Source: Lama glama
Taxonomy: Eukaryota
Direction: 5' to 3'
Assembly (NCBI GenBank): GCA_028534125.1
Contig: CM052818.1
Span: 42,906,001 to 42,970,000, forward strand
Length of the DNA: 64,000 nucleotides
A program made the position numbers and the translations under genes. This document shows, one piece after another, positions 1 through 13,719 of the stretch (position 1 is the first letter of the stretch; each line of letters starts with the position of its first letter). The notes beneath the pieces are model-generated. The model was not told where the DNA came from and did no database searches. It was given only the letters and a program-made list of their open reading frames with translations.

Positions 1-2875
1 TCATGCATCCTGTGGATGTGACAACGGGTATGATCCTGCCTTTGAGAAACTTGTCACCTAACTGGGGGGAAGAGACCACACATGTGGAAAAATCAGAGGT
101 ATTTAAGGCACCTACTACAGTGGGCTTTACACATTAAGGAACTGAGAATTATTTGGTTATAAAAGGGTGCTACTGCTCTGAGCCACAATTACCAACATGT
201 TCTAGAAAGCAGTGAGTGTATAAGCTGGACTGTAAGGGAACTGGTAGAATTTGAAGGGGTAGCAGAGGAAAACGAGGGCATTCTAGGCAACAAGCTGATG
301 CATGCCCATGTGCCTGGGTAGGTCTGCAGGAAGTTGAGGCTTCTAAGAGGAGGAACGAGAAAGGGGCTGGAAAGGCAGGTTAGGCAGGGCGTTGTGTGCT
401 CCCGTAGATGTTTACACCTGACGCTGCAGGTAAAGGCAGCATCTGACAAACTGCCTTTTCTTTTTTAAAATCAAGGTCCTAGCAGGTTCAGAGCGCGGGC
501 TGAGGAGCACCGGTTGTGGTGGACGTGACGTTCTGGGCCATGGAGAGACAGGGGATAGGTGCCCAGCAGTGAGAGCAGGGAGCATGAGGACCTTTGATGA
601 GAAGTTTGCTAAGTGCCTTCCCCACATGACCCTGATGAGCACAAAGTCACTACGTGTCCTGATTCAACCCTCACGTCACAAGTGCCCGTAACAGGGCTCA
701 CAGCCTCCTCCCAGACACACAAACACGGTGGAATCACCCACCTCCTCTCTTCCCCAAAGGCTGGAAAGGGAATCAAAACAGAGAGGCTAATAAATTCCCT
801 CGGGAAGAAGAAGAACACTCCACTCCTGTTTATTAACTGAAAAGTCATCACCTTAGTGAATTCCACCGTGGTGGTGCCATGATCTAACACACCTGTGAGC
901 CTTTTCTCCTTTTTTGGGTGCTCTGGGGAAGATAGGCTTCATACCATTTTCCTTTTGGAATTCTGAAAGGCAGGTTGTAATTAAATTCCTTTTTTCCCCC
1001 ACCGGATGTCATCGGTTCTCACACGCACACCCGAGCTATTTGTGTCCTAGCTCCTGTACGCAGGAGTGACCGCCTTACACGGGAACCATCTTGTTTTGGG
1101 TCTTTTCTCAGTCTGGCATGGGAGAGAGGTTTGAGACCACGATGATTTTTTTTTTTAAATCTGCTTTCCTAAGTTCCAGATCCTGATAAAATATCTTGAT
1201 AACTGATGTTTGGTTAATAACTGACTACAGCCGAGTGCATCTATGGCACAATAAACAACTAGGCAGTTCAACAATTCCTGCAAGAAAAGGAAAGCGGTGG
1301 ATTCAATTATTCACAATGATTAAACTGGACACACAGAATTAATGCAGATAATTTCCTCTTGTGAAGGCTTAGTGTTTACTTACTGTATAAGCTGAGCATC
1401 TACAAATACTAACAGGAAAGCAAGATTGCTACCAGATCTTCTCAGCCATAGGAATTTTGCTATATATTTTCTTATCTTTGCAATGAATCTTCATTATTTT
1501 AAATAAATTTATTATATATTATATATTTTTATATATTTTATTATTTATTTTGATTTCTTCCATGGTGATATTTTAAAAACTCCTGTTTCAACCCATCATC
1601 GTGCTGCTTAACAGAAACAAATAAGGAAACAGGTGACCTTCCTGTTCGTTCCTCCACCATAAACTGACACTGACAAGTCACTTCTCCCTCCCGTGCATCA
1701 AATTCCTCATCTGTAAAGTGAATGAGTTACTTTAAGTGTTACAGTTTGACCAGCTCCCAAATTTCCAGGCAAGGGAAAGTGGGATGCTTGCATCTGAGGG
1801 TCCGTGTGTTGACCATCAACCTTGGAGGTTTTCAGAAGGCATAAACCAGCCAGGCACGTCTGACCTGATTGATAGCTCTCCTGGCCCAGAATCTCAGCTC
1901 GGCTGCCCGCTGGGCTCTTGCCCAAACTTCCTGGCAGCCCTTCTAATGTTCAAGCCTTTTGCCCAGGTGGTCTTGGCATAGGTAAATACGCTGAAATTGA
2001 AGTTTCTGGTTTCCAAATTTTCACCATTAAAAGCCTTTTCTGTTAAGCTGTTCCCCTAAGAATTTCTTTGTTTTTAAAGTTTTGCCAAGCAAACTTCATT
2101 ACCTATGTGATGATTCAAATTCCAGTATTTGTGTTAGCAAAGGGACATTGCATTGCTAATCGGAGCTTCCAGTAAAACAGTGATGACCAGTGTGACCCTC
2201 CAGTTAAAAGCAACTAAACTTCCATTGTTATTTCATGTGATCTGTTTGGAGGTAACTATGATTTCCAGTTGCAACAGGACTTTACATAAGGATAAATAAA
2301 AGCGATCAGGTGCAGTATGGGGTGAGGGAAGGACGCTGACTTCATAGTCCTTTGTTGGAGCTACAGGGGAAGGGGAATTCTCAGGGCCAAGTTGTGTTTA
2401 GATCCGAGGAAACACACAGCAAACTAATTACATCTGTAGGAAACCTTGTTCACCAGGAGAATGCAGATTTGAGTGAAAGAGCAGAAAGAACGGGGTTTAG
2501 GGAAGTACAGAACTGTGTAAAGAGGGAGTAGTTGATTTTAAGAACCAACAGTGTGTGGAGTAAGCTAGAATGACCGTCCTGGGGGGACAGTAATCCCAAG
2601 GTTTGAAACAACCTTTTGGTGTAAAGTTACTTTGGTATAATATTAAGTATGTGATGAGGGAATTCCACCTGTGCAGGGTTGTCTGGTCAGCTGGGGCCAA
2701 AGTTCATGCAGAGCAGACTCAGTAAACTGATATGGGTTCTGTTTTTCCCAAGGCCAGCATGAGGACAGACCTCAAGTCTTTAGAAGCTGGTCTAATAGCT
2801 ATTGAGACAAAAATTGGTTAAATTGTACTGCAAAATATCAGATTGAATAAGTGAATGAAAAAGAAGGAATGGCCA

Positions 2876-3096
2876 GGGGTTGAGCCACGATGGCGGAGTA
2901 GAGCGACTCCCTCTCCCACACATACACCAAGAATTACTCCAACAAACAAGGTCAGACTGTACAGGACAGGGAACTATATTTAATATCTTGTAGTAACTTA
3001 TGGTGGAAAGGAATATGAAAACAAATCTATGTACGTTCCTACGTGACTGAAGCATTGTGCTATACACAAGAAATTGACACAACATTGCCTCAAATT
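2876..3096 (+). mobile_element. Short L1-derived insertion: L1 5'-terminal ~65 bp joined to L1 3'-terminal ~155 bp
   Basis: Starts GGGGTTGAGCCACGATGGCGGAGTAG, resembling the L1 5'UTR start with its YY1-type GATGGCGG. From ~2941 it matches the 3' ends of the L1 copies at 11890-12030 and 37900-38045 (CAGGGAACTATATT...AGAAATTGACAC). Probable TSD AAGAAGGAATGGCCA (2861-2875) / AAAAATGAATGGTCA (3099-3113), 12/15 match. Confidence 0.75.
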
Positions 3097-4299
3097 AAAA
3101 AAATGAATGGTCAACCCTATGTTTAATGTCTGTAGTAGAATTCAGGAAAAGTCTAAACAGAGTGGATGTGGAGGCCAGCTTGTTGAAGAAATACCGCGAC
3201 GCTGATATGTGGATAGACTCCTTGGTTCATAGTGACCACCAGGTAGAGCTCAGAGCTGGCCTGGGGCCAGAGAAAGACAGGACTCAGGTCCTGGTTTACT
3301 ATGAGGTCCAAGGAAGGTCTCAGAACAGTGCTGCATCTGTGAGACAAGGAACCTAAGAGTCCAGATAATGTTATGGTATTTCCACCCACCCAGTAAAGTG
3401 ACTCACTCACATTCACACAGACAGGAGAGTGGGGCTTGGTGCTTCTCTGACCTTCTTTCCACTGCCTCAGGCTGGCTCACCCACAAACGGACAAAGATCT
3501 CAGAAACACCCTCTGTCTGTGGCAGTCTCAAAACTTCCCACAGTGCTCTCTGCTAGACTGCCTTCTCCTGAAATACCCTCCAAATGGTACCATCACACGA
3601 TGTTCTTTTCCCTCTTGAAATTGATAGGCATCTTCTGGTCACAGCTGAGAAGTGGAGCGGAACTCAGTCTTGGCAAAGGCCTTCCATTAGCCAAATACAA
3701 GAAAACCTCATTAATTTGAGCGACTCAGTGAAGGCCTAGCAAGATAAGATATTTAAGCCAAATTAAACCCTGACCCCAAATCCAGGATGGGCCTCTTTAG
3801 TGTAAAGAAGCACAAATAGCCATCTATGGAACCATATCACCAAAGTATTTTCATATATTTTAAGGGCTCAAATCCCTTGCTAAGTCCTAAATTAGTCTGC
3901 AATATTTAAATATAAATAAAATTCTTAATTTTTTTCCAATTGTATACAGTCACTAGCCTTCAGCATTCTTCCCAAATAAAGGTTCTAGCAGACCTACACC
4001 AAAGACTCAGTTTGGTTGTACCTGGTAACGTTCACACTGAGAATGAATACTCCTAATTATCTCCCTTTTGTTTTCCAGTCTAAGATTCAATGAGCTTTAT
4101 GCTGAGAAAATTCAACTTCAGACAATTCAGTGGCCTTTCACATCATTCCTGAAGTTCTGTTCGGCAATCACTCAACTAACTAGTTCAAATGACTTTTGAG
4201 AAAAATTATGTTAAATTTCACTTTTTATGGAAAATGAAAGGACAGGCACGAAGTTGTCTATGGAAATTCTTCTACCTCTTGGCATCGTTCTAATGATCA

Positions 4300-4516
4300 C
4301 AGAGGTTGGCAGACTTTTTCTGTAAAGGTCAGAATAAATATTTAGGTTTTGCAGGCCTCATGTGGTCTCCGTCTCATCTCTTTTTCTTCCTTACCCTTCC
4401 CCTGACCCCTTGCTCATAACTCTTTACAAATATTTTTAAAAAATTAGTTTATGGGCCATACAAAAACAACAAGCATGGCCAGGTTTGGTCTGTGGGCAAC
4501 AGATTACCCAAGTCTT
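4300..4516. mobile_element. MER58-like hAT-Charlie MITE
   Basis: Begins CAGAGGTTGGCAGACTTTTTCTGTAAAGGTCAGA; similar to the copy at 18641. Confidence 0.7.
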
Positions 4517-5241
4517 ATATGAATCTTTGAGTGACATGCCTGTAGATTTGATATCATATATTGTCTTACCTTGATACATGGGTCTATAGCTAATCTACTC
4601 AAAGTAGCATAAATCTGGACTTAGAGATGCTCCCAAACACTGGTGCCTACCTTGTTGAGGAGATCACAGACACAGAAATAAAACTTGCTACACATCATAG
4701 ACACTACCCATATAAATACACTTTTGCATAAAATGCAGAAGGTTCATAGAATGTCTGGATCTGTTCACAGATCCCAAGTCAAGCAAAACATGTTCTAGAT
4801 GTGAGTTTCCTACCCCCTCCTCAGGAACTTGGCAATCATTCCTACATACTGATGCACAAAGCTCTCTTAGAAGAAGATACTTGTAACATAGCCAACATCC
4901 TTAGCATATGACATTTTAGAAGTCTGGCTAATCCTTTCATGGAATGTTTGCCAATTTGTTTATTCATTTTGCTCTGTACAGGTGTGTAGCTAATTCAGAA
5001 TTTTGTTGCTATTGTAAATAACATGGTGAACATCTTTGTGTGTAAAGCTTTTTGTTGGACTGTATTTTATCTCCTAAGTGGAATAACTGGATTAAAGAAA
5101 GAGTAAGAATTTTTGCTAATAGTGCTAAATGAATACTATATATATATACATACACATATATGTTCTAAGTGCTCTATACAGGGTCTGAAGAATATGAATC
5201 CTAATCACCCTGCATCTTGAGTATCAGGAATTGTAATCTAC

Positions 5242-5754
5242 TGTGAATGAAAAATATTGCCAGCCATATCGGTAAACAAAGGATGCTGTGGCCATCAAGT
5301 CATCAGCCACTACCTCCACCCCTGACAGGGAGTGGGGGCAACTCAGGATGCAGACAAGCAGGCATCCTGGCCTCTGCTGCCACCCACAACGGTGCCCCCT
5401 AAGGGAACTTAGGATGGGAAAGAACAGGATACTGGTCCTAGAAAGCTAAGGTGCATATCAAAGATATGATTTCAATGAGCCCAGACCTTTGTACCTTCCC
5501 GTATATAGAAAAGTGCTAAATTCCTTAACTTGAAATATCTGGCTTTCTTTAATTAACAGTACTGTCTTAATGTGCCAACTACCTGGTCTTGGTTGCCAAA
5601 AACGCCTGTATATCCTGGCTCCTTCCTTGGCTCGGCAGAAGAGCCTCCTAGAGTGTGATCTGAGAGGCTGCCTCCCAGGTTCAAGTCGTCAGAAAGTCTG
5701 CCAAGTGAAACGCAACTCTCAACGTAGAGGTCGTACATTTCATCTCAGTGGACA
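5242..5754 (+). mobile_element. ERV1-class solo LTR
   Basis: TG...CA termini, ~510 bp, internal repeats GGGCAACTCAGGATG / GGGAACTTAGGATG; resembles laurasiatherian ERV1 LTRs from recall. No clean TSD. Confidence 0.6.
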
Positions 5755-5984
5755 ACGCTGAATGCTTAGCTTTGCCTCGGTGAGCAGTCACTCCTGAGAG
5801 CTTCATGGTTTGCTGTTGCTTTGATAAAAACTAAATTTCTCATAGAAATTAGACTTTGGTAGAATTTTCATTAATCTTTCCATTAACCCGAAGATCATTT
5901 AGGACCTATTTTCGATAGTAGGGTTCTAGGCACTGAGAATACATCATTATTATTAATGGCAATAATATTAAAATAGTAGCAAAT

Positions 5985-6210
5985 ATTTTTATTATACAGT
6001 GATACTACCTGCCAGCCACTGTTTCAAGTGCTTTTGCGTATATTAACCTGTCTAATTCTACTCTGTGAGGTAGTTTTAGCATTCCATTTTACAGATGAGA
6101 AAACTGAAGACTAAAGAAGTTTACGAATAAGCCCCAAATCGTCCCAGAACTAAGTATGAGAGCCAACATTTGAACTCAGGCAATCCCAACAGAGAGTTCC
6201 TGGTCTCATG
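5985..6210 (-). mobile_element. MIR SINE
   Basis: MIR core in reverse orientation: CCATTTTACAGATGAGAAAACTGA. Confidence 0.75.
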
Positions 6211-6749
6211 ACTGTGTAACGAGAGTCATCTACATAGATGAAATTTTGTTTGGAGGAAAGAGGAACGAGATGAGAAAGATATGGTACTGAATCCTGAGTT
6301 CTTCATGGCTGAGTGTCCAAGTAAACTTCCTTCTCCCACGTCTATTAACTCTTCCCTGCACAGACGCACTCAGATGTTGTTAGCAGAAGACCTCAGGCCT
6401 CAGACTCAAGTAACATCAAATGTTTTTTTCAAAACATTCACCAATTAGGGTGCCAGGCTCCGGGCATGTTTCCCAGAGGTTCTTTTGTTTTTCTCCCCCA
6501 GCCTTCCCTGACTTGAGCTCCATTTACTGGGCTTGATACCCTCAGGGCCTTGCGCAAGTGCCCAGGTCTTAATGCAACCTCACAGAAGGATCTGAAGGGT
6601 GTGAATCTTCAGTGACTAGCACTGTTGGGAATTCTCTGTGAAAGAAACATTTTCCTTATGAAGAGAAAAATCTGTGCCCTGCCCCCAGCTTCCAGACACG
6701 ACTCGAGACAGTTGTGATTCTGCTGAAGTCTGTTCTAGAAACTCACAGA

Positions 6750-6935
6750 GCGCAGAAGCACACATTCTCGAGTCTACAGACCTGAGTCAGACTCTCACCT
6801 TTATACCTTCCACTAACTGTGTGTCCTGGACAAGGTATTTAATCACTGGTTTCCATATCTGAAAACCACAATGAGAGATCATAGATATGAAGAATGAATA
6901 ATATTTATTAGGTAATAAGTACTCAATAAATAGTA
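6750..6935 (+). mobile_element. MIR SINE
   Basis: CTAACTGTGTGTCCTGGACAAG...TTTCCATATCTGAAAA...AAGTACTCAATAAA. Confidence 0.6.
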
Positions 6936-7149
6936 GTATTTTTCTCTTCTCCCCAGACTTCAAAAAAAAGCATTCTTAGTGATTAGCTGGAAGAGAGAGC
7001 AGGAACTGTGGACTACTGAGAATTTAACTCTTTAGGAGAGATGCATTAAAATAAGATAAACAGAGTCATCAAAGGTATTTCGGGGTTGTTAAATGCAGAT
7101 TTTGCTCCTAATTAGCATCAGAACATTCACAGCTCTAAATACGTCCTTC

Positions 7150-7700
7150 AGGCCCTGATGGTCCCTCAGTGGCTGTTCACTGCCTGCCAGGATCAAGTCC
7201 AAGCATCTTGGCCAGGCCTTTGAGACCCTACGTAACACTGAACAAAACTAAAATAAAATTCTTGGGCCCCGCCACTTCTCCTTGTGTAATTATGGTCCAG
7301 CAAACTTGAAATAGTCATTATTCCTAGAAGATGCTCTCCTGATCCTATGCTTCTGTGCCTCTGGCGTGTTCTCTCTGTAGTTCCGCCTGGTGATTATTCC
7401 ATTCTTTCAAGGCTCTCTTTAGAAGCAATTACTCTTGGCCTCCTGCAACTTCATGTTCTAACAAACACAGATTACTCCTCTTTTCACTCCTCCACGGTAT
7501 TTTATGCCCCTTCTCTCAGAATGTGTTTGTATTTCACCTTGAACTTCTTTGGGGGTGTCCTCACCTGCTTCCCCTTCAGTTCACCTGCCCCAGGACAGAG
7601 TGGAGACCTTATCACCTTTAACTACTATAAAACTTGGGGCAACGCCTAGTGGCACAGTGGTCTTTTCTCAGTCATGTTTATTGAATGAATGAAATAAGCT
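7150..7700 (+). mobile_element. L2 3' remnant
   Basis: Degenerate L2-like body ending TGTTTATTGAATGAATGAA. Confidence 0.5.
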
Positions 7701-9303
7701 AAACGTAAAAACTTTGGCCCTAGAGTTGCCCTGAACTAATCCTAGTTGGTGTTGATGTGATCTCGGGAAAGTCTTCTGTCTACACTAGAAAATGTGGTTA
7801 GCAGCTTTCAGGAGTCCAGTGAAGCTCACGTGAGGTCCTTCTGGCTCAAATCTGGGGAATGGGGGGATCGAATTCCAGTTTCAACTAGCAAAGCTCATCT
7901 TTCATCTCTTCATATCAGGGATGTTAAATGATATTTTATTTCAAGAAAGTATTTTGTACATTAAACAAATAAAACCGTGAGATTAGCTCATCTCTGAGGA
8001 TCCATTTCTCGCTGTCTGGTTTTGTGGCGTAAATACACACTGAGACATGTTTAAAGGCTGCTCCATTATAAATAGGTCTGACTTGAAGCTTATTCAAATT
8101 TAGAAATGAAATTATTCACTACCATTTAGTGAATAATTAATATGTGTTTTGAGTACCTACTAAGTACTAGAAATTTTACTTAGTTTGTATCTAATTCCAA
8201 AATCTAGAACAGACATAAATTTTCCCACCTTACATGTGACAAAGAAGATAGGGTACGAATGTCTCATGTCAGCCAGCCAAGAGGAGGTCGAACCTTGACA
8301 GAAAGCAGGTGTGACCAGCCTGAAAGCTCGTGCTCTTTCTCTAGGATGACACTTAAATCAATAAAAATGGATTCTGGACGTTAAAGCGCACATACCCAAA
8401 ACAATGGAGTGGCTTTGGAAAAACCCCTCTCTTCTCATCTGTAAGATGGATCTGTTATTTGGAGAGTAATGGTGACTCACACAGCCTCATTACAATTTCC
8501 CATCAGAGGGCCAGCTCAGACCAGTGAATGGAATGATTACCGAGCCTGTTCCTGTGCTGTGCAACTCACATATGCTCAACCAGGAGCAATTTTTACCAGG
8601 CTGCCTTGCCCATATTGGAATTGTGTCTGCTGCCCAGAAAACATGCAGGGAGGCTTTAGCTAGAGCACCCAGCAGGAAATAAAAGCCCAGCTTGGTTGCA
8701 GAGAGAGGGAGGTGGCAGAGCCTTAAGGGGGGAGTCTGAGAAGTTCAGTTGCTTCGTGATGGGTTGCGTGACGGCCATGCTGCATTAAATTTCTTAAGGG
8801 AACTTTGGATCCAAATTAGGAGATTGAGGCAGGGAGTAAAAGCAGGATTTTGTGGGTTTTAGTTTGAGACTATTTGGAGAATGCTATTTTAGTATCTCAT
8901 CCAGAACAGAGGGCCCTGAGCAATATCCCTGAAGAAGAGAACCACAGGAATTTGGACAAGATTTAATGCTCAAGTGTCAAAATGTTTTGACTGTATCTCA
9001 CTTTGATGAGAAAAACTCCCTGGACATGACTTTCACCATCCTTTTCGTTTTCCAATTTAAAAAGAACTCAGGTATATAAGTGAAGTCAAAATAAAAGCAA
9101 AACTTAGAGGAATTGCTATACATTTGCTTTCGCAATAGGGTGTGGGTGAGTCGTGTATGACCTACGCGAACAATGACTTGGCCCACTTCCTCAGTGCTGT
9201 GTTCCCACTATCAGGACAGGGCTGACCCAAAACAAGTTCTCTGGAAATATTTTATGATGGACTGAACCACAGTGAAAATACTGCTTTAAAATCTAGTCAA
9301 TTA

Positions 9304-12049
9304 ATCTCCCTACAAACAAAAGTCCAGGCCCAGATGCCTTCAATGGGGAATTCTACCAAACATATAAAGAATTCATACAGGTCCTTCTCGAACTCTTCAA
9401 AAAGACTGAAAAGGAGGGAGTACTCCCAAACTCATTCTATGAAGCCACTATCACCCTGATACCAAAACCAGAGACACTACCAAATAAGAAAGTTACAGGC
9501 CAATATCACATATGAACATAGATGCAAAAATCCCCAACAAAATATTAGCAAACAGAATCCAACAGCACATAAAAAGATCATACACCATCAAGCTAGATTC
9601 ATCCCAGGGACACAAGGATGGTTCAACGTACGCAAATCAATGTTATATACCACATCAACAAAAGAAAGGACAAAAATCACATGATCATCTCAATAGATGC
9701 AGAAAAAGCAGTTGATAAAATTCAGCACCCATTTATGATAAAAATTCTTACCAAAGTGGATATAGAGGGAACGTATCTCAACATAGTAGAAGCTATTTAT
9801 GACAAACCCACAGCCAGCATCATACTCAGTGGTGAAAAACTGAAAGCCTTCCCACTAAAGTCTGGAAGAAGACAAGGATGCCTACTCTCACCACTATTCA
9901 ACAGAGTCTTAGAAGTCCTAGCCACAGCAGTCAGGCATGAAAGAGATAAAAGGGATCCAAATGGGAAGAGAAGAGGTAAAATTGTCACTATATACAGATG
10001 ACACGATACTATATATAGAAAACCCCAAAAGCTCCAGACAAAACTACTAGAGCTGATAAAAGAATTCAGCAAGGTAGCAGATACAAGATTAACATACAAA
10101 AATCAGCTGTATTTCTTTATACTAACAATGACTTAGCAGGAAAAGAAAATAAAGAAACAATCCCTTTTAAAATCACATCCAAAACAATAAAATACTTAGG
10201 AATAAATCTGACCAAGGAGGTGAAAGGCTTATACATGGAGAACTACAAAACATTGATAAAGGAAATTAAAGATGACTTAAAAGAAATGGAAAGATATCCC
10301 ATGCTCTTGGATTGGAAGAATCAATATCATTAAAATGACCATACTGCCCAAAACAATCTACAGATTTAATGCGATCCCTATCAAATTATCCAGGACATTT
10401 TTCACAGAACTAGAACAAATAACCCTGAAATTTATATGGAATCACAAAGACCCAGAATTGCCAAAGCAATATTGAAGAAAAAGAAAGAAGCTGGAGGAAT
10501 AACCCTCCCAGACTTCAGACAATACTACAGAGCTACAGTCATCAAAACAGCATGGTATTGGCATAAAAACAAACATATGGATCAATGGAACAGATTAGAG
10601 AGCCCAGAAATAAACCCACAGACCTATGGTCAGTTAGTATTCAACAAAGGAGGCAAGAATATACAATGGAGGAAAGACAGTCTCTTCAGCAAGTGGTATT
10701 GGGAAAACTGGACAGCAGCATGTAAATCAATGAACTTAGAACACTCCCTCACACCATACACAAAAATAAACTCAAAATGGCTTAAAGACTTAAATATAAA
10801 ACAAGACATGATAAATCTCCTAGAGGAAAACATAGGCAAAACATTCTTTGACATAAATCTTAACAATGTCCTCCTAGGGCAATCTAGCCAGGCAATAGAA
10901 ATAAAAGCACAAATAAACAAATGGGACCTAATTAAACATATAAGCTTTTGCACAGCAAAGGAAACCAAAAGCAAAACAAAAAGACAACTTATTGAATGGG
11001 AGAAAATATTTGTAAATGATGCGACTGACAAAGGCTTAATTTCCAGAGTATATAAACAGCTCGTACAACTTAACAAATAAACAAACAAACCAATCCAAAA
11101 ATGGGCAGAAGACCTAAATAAGCAATTCTCCAATAAAGAGATACAAATAGCCAATAGGCACATGAAAAAGTGATCAGTATCGCTAATTATCAGAGAAATG
11201 AAAATCCAAACTACAATGAGATATCACCTCACACCAGTCAGAATGGCCATCATTCGAAAGTCTACAAATGATAAATGTTGGAGAGGGTGTGGAGAAAAGG
11301 AAGCCCTCCTACACTGCTGATGGGAATGTAGTTTGGTGCAGCCATATGGAAAACAGTATGGAGAGTCCTCAAAATACTAAAAATAGACTTAACCATATGA
11401 GCCAGCAATCCCACTCCTGGGCATGTATCCAAAGAGAACTCTGATTTGAAAAGATACATGCATCCCAATGTTTCCAGAAACACTATATACAATAGCCAAT
11501 ACATGGAAACAACTTACATGTCCATTGACAGATGACTGGATAAAGAAGTTGTGGTATATTTATATAATGGAATATTACTGAGCCATAAAAAATAATAATG
11601 CCATTTGCAGCAACATGGATGGAAGTAGAGATTGTCATTCTAAGTGAGGTAAGCCAGAAAGAGAAAGAAAAATACCATATGATACCACTCATATGTAGAA
11701 TCTAGAAAAAAAAAAGCACACTATGAACTTACCTAAAAAACAGTAATAGACTTGCAGACATAGTAAACAATCTTATGGTTACTGAGGAAAGGGGGTGGGA
11801 AGGGACAAATTTGGGAGTTTGAGATTTGCAAATGTTAGTTACTATCTATAAAAATAGATTAAAAACAAAAACAAAAACAATTTTCTCCTACATAGCACAG
11901 AGAACTATATCCAATATCTTGTAATAACCTTTGGCGAAAAAGAATATGAAAATGAATATATGTATATGCCTAACTGGAACATTTTGCTGTACACTAGAAA
12001 TTGACATATTGTAACTGACTCTACTTCAATTAAAAAAAATTAAAAATAT
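9304..12049 (+). mobile_element. 5'-truncated L1: broken ORF2 (RT to C-terminus), 3'UTR and A-tail
   Basis: ORFs 9512-9715, 9618-10001 and 10436-11080 translate to L1 ORF2 ([35 protein letters not shown]). The catalytic motif reads YTDD at 9991-10002; multiple frameshifts. TSD ATCTAGTCAATTA (9291-9303) / ATCTAGTGAATTA (12050-12062) at a TTTAAAA endonuclease-type site. Confidence 0.97.
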
Positions 12050-13719
12050 ATCTAGTGAATTAGACAAATGGAAACCCTTATTGTTGTTTTAAATGTGTAT
12101 CTCCGTACCTTATACAGTTAATCAAATGACCTGCAACAAACATTCACAACAATAGAGGACAATAATAGCAATTTTTCATGTAAAAGCAAGAAGAGCGGTA
12201 ATTGAAAAGACAACTCGTAATAGTCTTGGTTCTTTGTATCTGACCACACGTAGGGACTTCAATGATCTGGTAAGCTACAAGAACTATCCAACTCTGCCAG
12301 GCCTGGGGGCCAGATTTCTTGGTAGAATACCAAATTGACAGTCCTCATAAAACTCTTAAAGTTATTACTTTTGATATGAAAATAGCATTTCCATATTACT
12401 TGCTTAATAGATTTATACTTACTTATTTTTAAATAAAATGAATGGCCACTGATGTGGACTGTCAATTCTTCATTAAAGGGTTTATGTTTTTAGATGGGAT
12501 AGCAGACCTCGGAGACTTGGCAAGGATCCTCTCAGCCACTGTTGGTGGCCTTAGAACCAAAATATGGCCATGTCCTTGTGAGGGCAGTAGTTTCAGAGAG
12601 TAACTGAGGGGAGTGGGGAGCAAGTGAGAAGCCACAAGAGAAGATCTGGATTCAGCCAAATTGCTCTAAATTAAAAACCTATTCACTAAAGATTTGTTTT
12701 GTTTTATGGTGAAATTTCTTGTGGGGGCCTATTTATAAAACAATGAGCCACGCTTTCTCAGTATGGTTTCTGGAAAAGAATGTTCACTGGTGAGAGTTTA
12801 CTCTCTTAAGAAAGCAGCAGCAGGAAGGAACATTTAGATGATGCTGTGGGGAAAGTGGGTGACAGGACCCTCCCAACTCATCCTATCAATGCAGTTTTGT
12901 TTTGTTTTTCCAATAAGCAGTCATGCTTAGGGTAGACAAAGAGGTCAGAACACACAGATGAGGCTGGCACAAGTACAAGAGATCCTCAGTGTGTCCTAGA
13001 GGGGCACTGAATTGAAGATGGAAGGGTGCAGCGTCCTACAGCTTTCCCAGGAAGGCACTTCCAAAGACCTGCAAGGATGTGGGATTTTCACTTAATCAGT
13101 ATCCAAGCACCCAAGGTAAACCAGGTATCGTGCTAAGGTAGGTATGGAGCAGAACCTTGTGGACCCTTGGTCAGGAACCTGGATGTACTGAAGAACAATG
13201 GAAAGTCATTGGTCGAGGATGTTCTGCATGGGGATGATGGGATATATATGAAAGGTCATTCCTACAGCATATGCATATGAGAGGCAAAGCCAGGAGTCTA
13301 ATTAATTTTCATACATAACTTCACATACAGATTTGAACTTCCATGTAATACCCATAACATTATATATATGAAATATTAATAGATTATCAATTATTTCTCA
13401 CACACACACACACACATATATGTGTATAATATTCTCCCCATAAAAGGGAGAGGGTGAGAGGGTTATTTTCTTTTTCTTTGAAGGGTAATACTAAGGGGGT
13501 TGGGGTAAGACAGTAACCCAACATACACACACACAGTATCTTGTCCATTTGGTGATCAGGAGCCTTGCAGTAGATGCCCTGAGGTGAGCAGTGACATGAA
13601 AACAAAATCTTCACACTTCGTGCCCATTCTAAGAATCCATGCGTAGGCTACATAGCACCAATAAACATCCTTCTGCACCCCTGGACATTTCATGAAACAG
13701 TAACACTATCATGCTTTCA

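Noticed and set aside
1495..1552. AT-rich quasi-palindrome
   Set aside because: Low-complexity sequence; self-complementarity is expected.
10436..11080. 214-aa ORF as a functional gene
   Set aside because: Fragment of a 5'-truncated, frameshifted L1 ORF2.
10630..11163. 177-aa minus-strand ORF
   Set aside because: Antisense shadow of L1 ORF2; no independent coding evidence.
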